Shown: piece after piece, positions 56,586-64,000 of the stretch
Position numbering within the stretch: position 1 is the stretch's first letter
Layout: each line of letters opens with the position of its first letter
NCBI GenBank assembly: GCA_029262675.1
Contig: JAJCYW010000015.1
Span: forward strand, 4,662 to 68,661
Direction of reading: 5' to 3'
DNA length: 64,000 nucleotides
From: Chloroflexota bacterium
Lineage (GTDB): Bacteria > Chloroflexota > Dehalococcoidia > DSTF01 > RBG-16-68-14
Notes under the pieces: model-generated
What the model saw: the letters and a program-made list of their open reading frames with translations, nothing else
The model's database searches: none
What the model was told of the DNA's origin: nothing
Translations under genes and position numbers: made by a program

Positions 56586-59492
56586 TTACGTGCAGCGGTG
56601 GTCGTACTGCTGAATGACGCCCAGGATGTCGTTCAGCAGGTCGATCACTCCGTCCGGCGCGGTCATGTTCCAGGCGTTGGGCCCTACTGAAGGGCCGCGG
56701 TCGTAGGCCGCGTCGTAGGGTGGGGCACCTGTGGGCGAGTAGTGGTTGATGACGCTTAGCACGTCGAACAGGAGGTCGACGACGCCGTCCTGGCCCGGCC
56801 CTGAGATCATCTCCACGTCGTAGAAGTCCCAGGGGTTCACGTAGCCGCGCTGCCCGCCCAGCGTCTCGTCAGGGCCACTCTCGGTCACGTCGCTGCAGCC
56901 GTCGCCGTCGGTGTCACCGGGGTCGGGCTGCATGGTGGGCGTGGCCGTGGGCGTGGGTGTGGGCGTGGGCGTGGGCGTGACCGTGGGTGTGGGCGTGACT
57001 GTGGGTGTGGGCGTGGCCGTGGGGCACGGCCCGCCGCAAGGCGTGGGCGAGGGCGTGGGTTCCTCGAAGACGTATGCTGCACCGGCGAATTTGCCCCCGG
57101 TAGCCTCGCCGTGGGCCCCCACAACGGCGGTGTTACCATTGACCGAAACGCTTGCGCCGAACCAGGCGGAGGCTTGGGCGTCAGAGGCGAAGAGCTTCTC
57201 CATTTCGCCCCAGTTTTCCGCGCCGCCCTGGTTACGCTGGAAGACGTACGCAGCGCCAGCGCCGTTGAGGGGGTTGCCTGTGCCAGCATCCTCTCCTACT
57301 GACGCGACGACAGCGGCGTCGCCGCTAACCGCCACGCCTCCACCGAACTGGTCGCCGGCCTGGGCGTCGGAGGCGGTGAGTTTCTTCACCTCGCCCCAAT
57401 TGTCCGTGCCTCCCTGGTTACGCTGGAACACATATGCCGCGCCGGCGGAGTCGCCCGCCGCATCCTCAGCAAATGCCCCGATGACGGAGGTGTCGCCGCT
57501 GACCCCCACGCTGTAGCCGAACTGGTCGTCGGCCTGAGCGTCGGAGGCGGTGAGCTTCCTCACCTCGCCCCAGTTGTCCGTGCCTCCCTGGTTACGCTGG
57601 AAGACGTATGCCGCGCCGGCGTCGCTGCCCCCGGCATCCTCGTTCTGCGCCCCGACGACTGCGGTGTCGCCGCTGACCGCCACGCCTCGGCCGAACTCGT
57701 CGTCATCCTGGCCGTCGGAAGCGATCAGTTTGCTTACCTCGCCCCAGTTGTCCGCGCCGCCCGCGTTACGCTGGAAGACATATGCCGCGCCCGGCTTAAC
57801 GCCAATGCCCCCGTCACCCTCGTTTTGCGCCCCGACGACAGCGGTGTCTCCGTCAATCGAAACGCTTGCGCCGAACCAGTCGAAGGCTTGAGCGTCGGAG
57901 GCGTAGAGCTTCTTCACCTGGCCCCAGTTGTCCGTGCCGCCCTCATTGCGCTGGAAGATGTATGCCGCGCCGGCGTTTGCGCCGGTATGATAGAGCTTAA
58001 GGTTGGCCAAGTAGTCCGCCCCGGTTATGGCGCCGGACTGATCCACATCCACCTGGCCATTGATGATGTCCATCTGAACAGTGCCCGTGGAGGAGCCGTC
58101 CCGGTAATTCAACTGCACGTTCGTCAAGTCGTCGGCCGCGGTTATGGCGCCAGACTGATCCACATCCACCTGGCCGTCGATGATGTCCACGTCGACTGCA
58201 CCGCCGCCAACGAGAGGCATGAACACGTCGGCCATGTCGTCTGCCACGAGCCCGCTGCTGATGTGCGTCGTCTGGGCGCTGCCTGAGTGCCCCCCGGGAG
58301 TATCAAGGTATGCGTTGACGATGGCGGTGTTGCCGCTAACCGCCACGCGGAAGGCGAACGAGTACTGCTCGGCGGGCCCGTCGGAAGCCGTGAGCTTGGC
58401 CACCTGGCCCCAGTTGTCCGCGCCGCCCTGGTTTCGCTGGAAGACGTAGGCGGCTTGCTTGTTGTATGCACCCACGACGGCGGTGTCGCCGCTGACCGAC
58501 ACGGTGTAGCCGAAGACGTCGTAGGCCTGAGCATCGGAGGCGAGGAGTTTTCTGATCTCGTTAAACCGCGGCGGAGGTGTTGGGGTCGGAGTTGGTGTAG
58601 GAGGGCATGGCCCGCCGCAAGGCGTTGCGGTGGGCGTTGGCGTGGGTGACGGTTGGGGCGTTGGGCCACTGAGACAATTGATCTGGGCGTTTGCCAGCGA
58701 TGGCGTGTACGCAATGCCGGGTCTGGCTACAAGCACGCTGTGGCTGCCGGCATCTGTCAACGTGATGTTGGCCGTACCCATGGCATGGCAGGTGAACTCG
58801 AACTGGGCGTGCGGCCCAGTGCCGGACCATGTTGGCTGCGAAGGCAGGACGGTGAAACCGGCGACTTCGATGTAGGCTTCGCTCCCAACGCCATCGTCAC
58901 TCGGGCCGAGCACTGGGCCAGTTGTGTTACCAGTAGCTGGGTGCTCTGGCCACGTGTTGTTTGTACCAGCCGGGATGAGATCAAGCAGGGCTTCGTCCCA
59001 GTGCAGACGCACACCGTAGCCGGAAAGCGTGCCCGGGTTGGATGTCACATGAACGCTGACTATGAACGAACCAGCGCCGTCCACAGAACGTTTCGTTTCG
59101 ACCGTGTCGCTAGCACTCGTGGACTCTCCCAACGCGTCCACGGCCAATGCGCCACCCGCAGGAGTCGACTTCGGCAGAGGCGTGTTGGTCTGGCATGACG
59201 TGGACGATCCGAATTGCTGGACCGCACCGAGGATGTCAATCAGCAGGTCAACGACGCCGTCCTTGTTCTGGTCTGCTTGCTTTGGCGGCGGCGGGGTGCC
59301 ACCTGGGGCGTAGTGGTCGGAAATGATGATCACATCGATCACCTCAACGACGCCGCTGCCATCGACGTCGGCGCAGCCGCTGGCGGCGGAGGCAGGGTGA
59401 ACCGACCCCGGCTGCGACGCTAACGTCGCTAGCAGGGCGATCGCGCCCGCAAGAATCAGAAACGCGGAACCGATGAGTGTCTTGTGCCGCAC
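56586..59492 (-). CDS. Secreted multidomain protein: dockerin-like + cohesin-like + FG-GAP propeller + flexitail
   Basis: N-terminal CADVDGSG.V...D / ADQNKDGVVDLLIDILGAVQQFG; SFIVSVHV....LSGYGVRLHWDEALL...FEFTC...GTANITL; FG-GAP repeats; long PT linker; tail. Confidence 0.85.
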   Translation of the reverse strand: MRHKTLIGSAFLILAGAIALLATLASQPGSVHPASAASGCADVDGSGVVEVIDVIIISDHYAPGGTPPPPKQADQNKDGVVDLLIDILGAVQQFGSSTSCQTNTPLPKSTPAGGALAVDALGESTSASDTVETKRSVDGAGSFIVSVHVTSNPGTLSGYGVRLHWDEALLDLIPAGTNNTWPEHPATGNTTGPVLGPSDDGVGSEAYIEVAGFTVLPSQPTWSGTGPHAQFEFTCHAMGTANITLTDAGSHSVLVARPGIAYTPSLANAQINCLSGPTPQPSPTPTPTATPCGGPCPPTPTPTPTPPPRFNEIRKLLASDAQAYDVFGYTVSVSGDTAVVGAYNKQAAYVFQRNQGGADNWGQVAKLTASDGPAEQYSFAFRVAVSGNTAIVNAYLDTPGGHSGSAQTTHISSGLVADDMADVFMPLVGGGAVDVDIIDGQVDVDQSGAITAADDLTNVQLNYRDGSSTGTVQMDIINGQVDVDQSGAITGADYLANLKLYHTGANAGAAYIFQRNEGGTDNWGQVKKLYASDAQAFDWFGASVSIDGDTAVVGAQNEGDGGIGVKPGAAYVFQRNAGGADNWGEVSKLIASDGQDDDEFGRGVAVSGDTAVVGAQNEDAGGSDAGAAYVFQRNQGGTDNWGEVRKLTASDAQADDQFGYSVGVSGDTSVIGAFAEDAAGDSAGAAYVFQRNQGGTDNWGEVKKLTASDAQAGDQFGGGVAVSGDAAVVASVGEDAGTGNPLNGAGAAYVFQRNQGGAENWGEMEKLFASDAQASAWFGASVSVNGNTAVVGAHGEATGGKFAGAAYVFEEPTPSPTPCGGPCPTATPTPTVTPTPTVTPTPTPTPTPTATPTMQPDPGDTDGDGCSDVTESGPDETLGGQRGYVNPWDFYDVEMISGPGQDGVVDLLFDVLSVINHYSPTGAPPYDAAYDRGPSVGPNAWNMTAPDGVIDLLNDILGVIQQYDHRCT

Positions 59493-59539
59493 TGTGCACC
59501 GCCTTACGCCTACATGGCAACATATGCTTACCGGCGGGC

Positions 59540-59597
59540 CACCGGCATCGGAGGCCGTCAGTGACCTCTACTATATAGGAATGCCTGGACTTGTCAA
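59540..59597 (-). promoter_or_regulatory. Conserved array promoter, copy G (leader diverged downstream)
   Basis: TTGACA (59597-59592), N16, TATAGT (59575-59570), GAGGTCACTGACGGCCTCCGATG. Confidence 0.72.
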
Positions 59598-59740
59598 CCG
59601 GGCGGGGTGGCCGCTACGTGCGGAGAGAAGGGGCGCATCGCGAAGCGCCCCGACGGGTGCGCGGTAGCCGCGCCGCCACACACTAAAGTGTGTGCCTCCA
59701 GCGTGATAGCCACGCCGCCACACGCGAAGAGTGAGTGGCC

Positions 59741-60532
59741 CTACTGGGGCAGGAACTTGCTGAAGAGCGGCTCGACGAGGTCCGGGCCCTGGCGGATGGT
59801 GTGGCCGCCATCGACGCCGATGCACTGGCCGGTGATCCAGCCGGCAGCGTCGCTGAGGAGGAAGGCGACGAAGGCCCCGATGTCGTCCGGCTCGCCGAGG
59901 CGGGAGATGGGCATGCGGCGTTTGTACTCGGCGACGACGCCGTCGTTCGACCAGAGCGGCTGGGCAAGGTCTGTCTTGACGAGGCCGGGCATGACGGCGT
60001 TGACGCGGATGCCGAACTCGCCCATGTCGTCGGCGGCGCAGCGGGTGAGCATGTTGAGGCCGGCTTTGGAGGCGCAGTAGGCCGTCATCTGGCGATGCGT
60101 CAGCGCTGCCGCGATTGAACTGATGTTGACGATGCTGCCGCTGCTCGCCTCTCGCATGCGGGCGGCCTCGGCGTGTAGCGACCGGAACGCGCCGGTGAGG
60201 TTGGTGTCGATGACGGCGGCGAACTGCTCGTCCGTGCTGTTGAGGATGTGTCCCGCGCCGCCGGTACCCGCGGCGTTGACGGCGAGGTGGAGCGCGCCGA
60301 AGCGGTCGACTGTCGCCGCAACGGCGGCGTCGACGGAATCCTGGCTAGTGACGTCGCAGGTGACGCCGATGGCGCGCTCGCCCAGCTCGGCGGCTGCGGC
60401 CTCGACGACCTCCGTGCGCCGGCCGGCGAGGGCGACGCTGCCGCCGGCCTCGACGATGGCGCGGGCGCAGGCGAGGCCGATGCCGGTGCCGCCGCCGGTG
60501 ATGAAGCCGATCTTGCCGCTGAGGTCTGCCAT
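59741..60532 (-). CDS. SDR family oxidoreductase
   Basis: TGGGTGIG, NAAG, YCASK, ITGQ.IGVDGG; GGAGG RBS before ATG 60532. Confidence 0.92.
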   Translation of the reverse strand: MADLSGKIGFITGGGTGIGLACARAIVEAGGSVALAGRRTEVVEAAAAELGERAIGVTCDVTSQDSVDAAVAATVDRFGALHLAVNAAGTGGAGHILNSTDEQFAAVIDTNLTGAFRSLHAEAARMREASSGSIVNISSIAAALTHRQMTAYCASKAGLNMLTRCAADDMGEFGIRVNAVMPGLVKTDLAQPLWSNDGVVAEYKRRMPISRLGEPDDIGAFVAFLLSDAAGWITGQCIGVDGGHTIRQGPDLVEPLFSKFLPQ

Positions 60533-60803
60533 GTTACGTCCTCCGCTTCGCTTGTAGTATGCGCGGTCACCGCGCCGGAATGCGGGCAGCATCGTACCAT
60601 CTGTAGCGCTCACGCGGCACTTGCCGTGGCAGTTGCCATGTGAGCGGCGGCCAGGCAGAAACCAGCGGGGGTGTGATGGGGCCGTCGTTTTCGGGCCGTT
60701 CGGCAGGTTGATTCATTTGTCATAATGTGCCACTATCCCTGCGGCCCTGTGGCTCACGGACGGATCCCGAGTCGACTCGGAACTTGCGCACGGGACCGCG
60801 CCG

Positions 60804-60830
60804 CGGCCCGGGGCCGGGCCGATTTTTTTT
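60804..60830 (+). terminator. Intrinsic terminator-like element in the leader of the efflux operon
   Basis: CGGCCCG-GGGC-CGGGCCG followed by A and T8, 62 nt before the ATG at 60893. Confidence 0.6.
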
Positions 60831-60892
60831 GTGCACGTGGGGCTGGCGGGATTGAATAGCGCTGGGGTGGTGAATGCAAGTGAGGAATCCAG

Positions 60893-63376
60893 ATGACTTT
60901 GAATGACGAATTCGTAATTCGCGAGAACCCGTGGCGCGGGCGCATCATCTCGCTGGGCGTGCTGGCGGGGATAGCGGCCGTTATCGCCGTCGGCGCCTAC
61001 GCGCTCTTTTTCCGCGAGTCTGAAGAGACGCTGCGGGACACGGAGGACGTGGTCGTCGGGCGGGCGACGATTAACGCCAACCTTATCATCTCCGGCGAGG
61101 CCGAAGCGCAACTGCTGAGCAACCTGACGTTCCGTTCGACCGGCAAGGTGGAGACGATCAATGTCAAGGTGGGAGACGTTGTGAACGAAGGCGACGTGCT
61201 GGCATCGCTGGAATCGGAAGAGCTGACGAACGCGATCGCGTCGTCGCAGGCCAGCCTGGCGATCTCGCAGGCGCGTCTGCAGGCGCTGCTGGACGGCGCG
61301 GACGAGGCGCAGCTAGCGGCGGTGGAGCAGGCGGTGGTTGCGGCGCAGGTGGCGCTGAACCGGTCGCAACGGGATCTGCAGACGCTGCTGGATGGTGCGA
61401 CTGACGTCGCGATCGCAGTTGAGGAGCAAGCAGTAACGGCGACGGAGACGGCGCTGAACCAGGCGATCCGGGACCGGCAGACGTTGCTGGACGGCGCGAC
61501 TCCCGCCCAAGTAGCGAGCAGCAATCAGGTGGTGATCTCCGCGGAGGCGGCACTGGCTGAGGCGCGGCGGTCGCGGCAGACGCTGTTGGACGGCGCAACG
61601 GACGCCCAGATCGCGAATGCGGAGCAGGCCGTGGCCGCGGCTCAGGCTCAGCTTAACATCGCGCAGCGCAACCTGACGGAACTGCGCGAGGGTCCCACCA
61701 CGCAGCAGATCGCGGCCGCAGAGCAGTCCGTCGCGGCCGCCGAAGCGAACCTGGCCTCGGCAGAGGCGTCGCTCGACAGGTTGACGGCGCCGCCTTCGGA
61801 CGCGGCCGTGGCGGCCGCCGAATCGCAGCTCGCGGCGGCGGAGCAGGGCCTGTCGAGCGCGATTGTGAACCAGGACAACAGTGATTCCAACGAAGCGGCC
61901 GCCGAGGCGGGGCTGCGGTCCGCCATCGCCGCGTACTGCATCGACGAGCCGGGCGACCCGTTCTGCCCCAACCCTCGTATTCCGCTGGGCGGCGGCGACA
62001 TCAATCGACTGCTGGACGACCTCAACGACGTTGCGACACTGCCCGCGCTGCTGCCGAAGATCAGCGCGGTGATCCAAACGAACTCATCGTTCCAGATCGC
62101 GGAGAACGCCACGGAGAGCGCGGACGAAGCCGTCGATGCGGCGCGGGCGAGCAGGGACGCGGCGGACGCGAACCTGGACGCGCTGCTGGAGCCGCCGGAG
62201 GCGCTGGACGTGGCGGCGGCGGAGGCTGCGGTGGCGGCGGCGGAGGAGAGTCTGGCGCTAGCGCGGCTTAACCTTGATGAACTAAACCAGGGCGCGGACG
62301 CCGACGACATCGCGAACGCGGAGGACGGCATCACGTCGGCGCAGACCGCGCTGACGGCGGCGCTGACGAACCAAGCCGACCTGCTGGATGGCGCGGACGG
62401 TGACGATATCGCGCGGGCCGACGACAACGTGCTATCGGCGCAGGCCGTCGTCGACGCCGCGATCGCGAACCAGTCAGACCTGCTGGACGGCGCGGACGAC
62501 GACGATATCGCTCGCGCCGACGACGGCATTCGGGCGGCGCAGGCGGCCTACGACGCGGCGCTGGCGCGGCAGGCCGACCTGCTGGCCGGCGCGGATGACG
62601 ACGACATCGCGTCGGCGGAGGACGCGGAGCGGAACGCGGAGGCGGGCCTGGACTCGGCGGAGGCGAATCGAGACGAGACGGAGCGCGGCGCCAAGCAGAC
62701 GCAGATCGATCAGGAGAGGCAGGCGCTGCGCGCCGCGGAGCTGGGGGTGCAGGCGGCGCAGATCCGGATGCGCAACGCGCAGATCATCTCGCCGTTCTCC
62801 GGCACGGTCGCCGCGGTGAACCTTACGCCGGGCGAGTTCGCAGGCGCGTCCGGCGAACCGCCAATCGTGTTGCTGACGCCGGACGTGCTTGTACTCACGA
62901 TGCAGGTCGGCGAGACAGATTACCCAAACGTTAAGCTGGACCAGGTCGGCGTAGTGCTCTTCGATGCGCTGCCGGGCGTGCCGTTCCCGTTCCGTATCGT
63001 CGAGCTGGGGCTGAGCCCGTCGACCACGCAGGGCGTGGTCACCTACAAAGTCGGAGGCGCACTGGTAATTCCGCCCGACGGCCCCAGGCCTGCCGCGGGC
63101 ATGAGGGCGAGTGGCCAGATCGTGACGGAGTCGAGGGTCGATGTCATCGCAGTACCGCTACGAGCCATCCGGAGGAGTGGCGGCAACCAAGTCGTCGACC
63201 TAAGGCAGGATGGCATGGTCGTCGAGCAGGTGGTGAACACCGGTGCATCGGACAACAATTTCGTGCAGGTCGTCGAAGGCTTGGAAGAGGGAGACGTGAT
63301 CGTGATTCCGCTCCTCGTCACCGGCAGATCAGCCGGCGATGAGCCCCCGCCGACGCTACCATCCGGCATCAGGTAG
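60893..63376 (+). CDS. Efflux adaptor / membrane fusion protein (MacA/HlyD-like) with very long alpha-helical hairpin
   Basis: N-terminal TM; G.V..I.VKVGD.V..GDVLA.L and I.SPFSGTV lipoyl halves; GMRA..., GLEEGD; internal LLDGA repeats. Confidence 0.88.
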   Translation: MTLNDEFVIRENPWRGRIISLGVLAGIAAVIAVGAYALFFRESEETLRDTEDVVVGRATINANLIISGEAEAQLLSNLTFRSTGKVETINVKVGDVVNEGDVLASLESEELTNAIASSQASLAISQARLQALLDGADEAQLAAVEQAVVAAQVALNRSQRDLQTLLDGATDVAIAVEEQAVTATETALNQAIRDRQTLLDGATPAQVASSNQVVISAEAALAEARRSRQTLLDGATDAQIANAEQAVAAAQAQLNIAQRNLTELREGPTTQQIAAAEQSVAAAEANLASAEASLDRLTAPPSDAAVAAAESQLAAAEQGLSSAIVNQDNSDSNEAAAEAGLRSAIAAYCIDEPGDPFCPNPRIPLGGGDINRLLDDLNDVATLPALLPKISAVIQTNSSFQIAENATESADEAVDAARASRDAADANLDALLEPPEALDVAAAEAAVAAAEESLALARLNLDELNQGADADDIANAEDGITSAQTALTAALTNQADLLDGADGDDIARADDNVLSAQAVVDAAIANQSDLLDGADDDDIARADDGIRAAQAAYDAALARQADLLAGADDDDIASAEDAERNAEAGLDSAEANRDETERGAKQTQIDQERQALRAAELGVQAAQIRMRNAQIISPFSGTVAAVNLTPGEFAGASGEPPIVLLTPDVLVLTMQVGETDYPNVKLDQVGVVLFDALPGVPFPFRIVELGLSPSTTQGVVTYKVGGALVIPPDGPRPAAGMRASGQIVTESRVDVIAVPLRAIRRSGGNQVVDLRQDGMVVEQVVNTGASDNNFVQVVEGLEEGDVIVIPLLVTGRSAGDEPPPTLPSGIR

Positions 63377-63381
63377 GCGGC

Positions 63382-64000
63382 ATGATCCGGCTGCACAACA
63401 TCTCGAAGCACTACGTCGTGGGACCGCAGGTGGTGCGGGCTCTGGACGGTGTGGACTTGGAGATAGGCGACGGTGAGTTCCTGGCGATCATGGGACCGTC
63501 CGGCTCCGGCAAATCGACGCTGATGAACATCATCGGCTGTCTGGACCGGCCGACGGCGGGCCGCTACGAGCTGGACACGTTGAACGTGGGCCAGCTCAAC
63601 GACAACCAGCTGGCGATACTGCGCAACCGGCGGCTGGGGTTTGTGTTCCAGTCGTTCAACCTGCTGCCGCGGTTGCCTGCTATCGACCAGGTGGCGATGC
63701 CGCTGCTCTACCGCGGGGCGACCAACCGGAAGCGGGTGGCGGCGGCGGCGCTGAAGCTCGTCGGACTCGAAGACAGGATGCACCACAAGCCGACGCAGCT
63801 CTCGGGGGGCCAGCAGCAGCGCGTCGCTATCGCGCGGGCGCTGGTAGCGCACCCGTCGATCATTCTGGCCGACGAACCTACAGGCGCGCTGGACTCGAAA
63901 ACGAGCATGGACGTGATGAACGTGTTCCGGCAACTGAACGACGAGTTGCAGATCACGATCGCGTTCGTGACGCATGAGGACGACGTGGCGGCGTATACTC
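63382..64000 (+). CDS. MacB/LolD-type ABC ATP-binding protein (3' end outside window)
   Basis: Translated manually: [11 protein letters not shown]...[18 protein letters not shown]...FVFQSFNL...[15 protein letters not shown]...ADEPTGALD. Confidence 0.92.
   Translation, partial: MIRLHNISKHYVVGPQVVRALDGVDLEIGDGEFLAIMGPSGSGKSTLMNIIGCLDRPTAGRYELDTLNVGQLNDNQLAILRNRRLGFVFQSFNLLPRLPAIDQVAMPLLYRGATNRKRVAAAALKLVGLEDRMHHKPTQLSGGQQQRVAIARALVAHPSIILADEPTGALDSKTSMDVMNVFRQLNDELQITIAFVTHEDDVAAYT

Noticed and set aside
40640-59600. Array as an integron or DGR
   Set aside because: No integrase, attC-like sites, reverse transcriptase or adenine-specific TR/VR pair was seen, and units carry their own promoters.
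59660-59735. Short direct repeat TAGCC(G/A)CGCCGCCACAC
   Set aside because: Only two copies of about 17 bp with a small hairpin; too little to interpret.

Overview
High-GC (about 68% by eye) bacterial chromosomal DNA, most likely Chloroflexota/Dehalococcoidia-like. That placement is inferred from the flexitail-type surface proteins, a dockerin and an LPxTG-like anchor. The first 40 kb is mostly housekeeping and transport: an MFS gene, a cobalamin-riboswitch-controlled ECF operon, a low-GC insertion, a YyaL-like gene, rpiB, asnB with a CDP-alcohol phosphotransferase, a heterodimeric ABC exporter, a peptide ABC importer, ABC-F and several hydrolases/oxidoreductases. The ORF track splits one gene in two; it is a UGA-recoded thioredoxin-fold selenoprotein (21019-22062) with a SECIS-like hairpin. 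The most striking region is 40640-59600, a minus-strand tandem array of 8 secreted proteins plus one orphan tail, all ending in the same ~110-aa dockerin-like 'flexitail' C-terminus. Seven units share one promoter block (TTGACA-N16-TATAGT/TAACAT followed by a palindrome), and six of these also share a structured leader that pairs with the RBS. The cargo domains vary: FG-GAP propellers, cohesin-like domains, a metalloprotease and an Ntn-hydrolase. One slot holds a cytoplasmic methyltransferase, in frame with the orphan tail across a TAG. Several genes have degenerate duplicates of their own 3' ends just downstream. All calls come from reading motifs by eye; no database searches were run.
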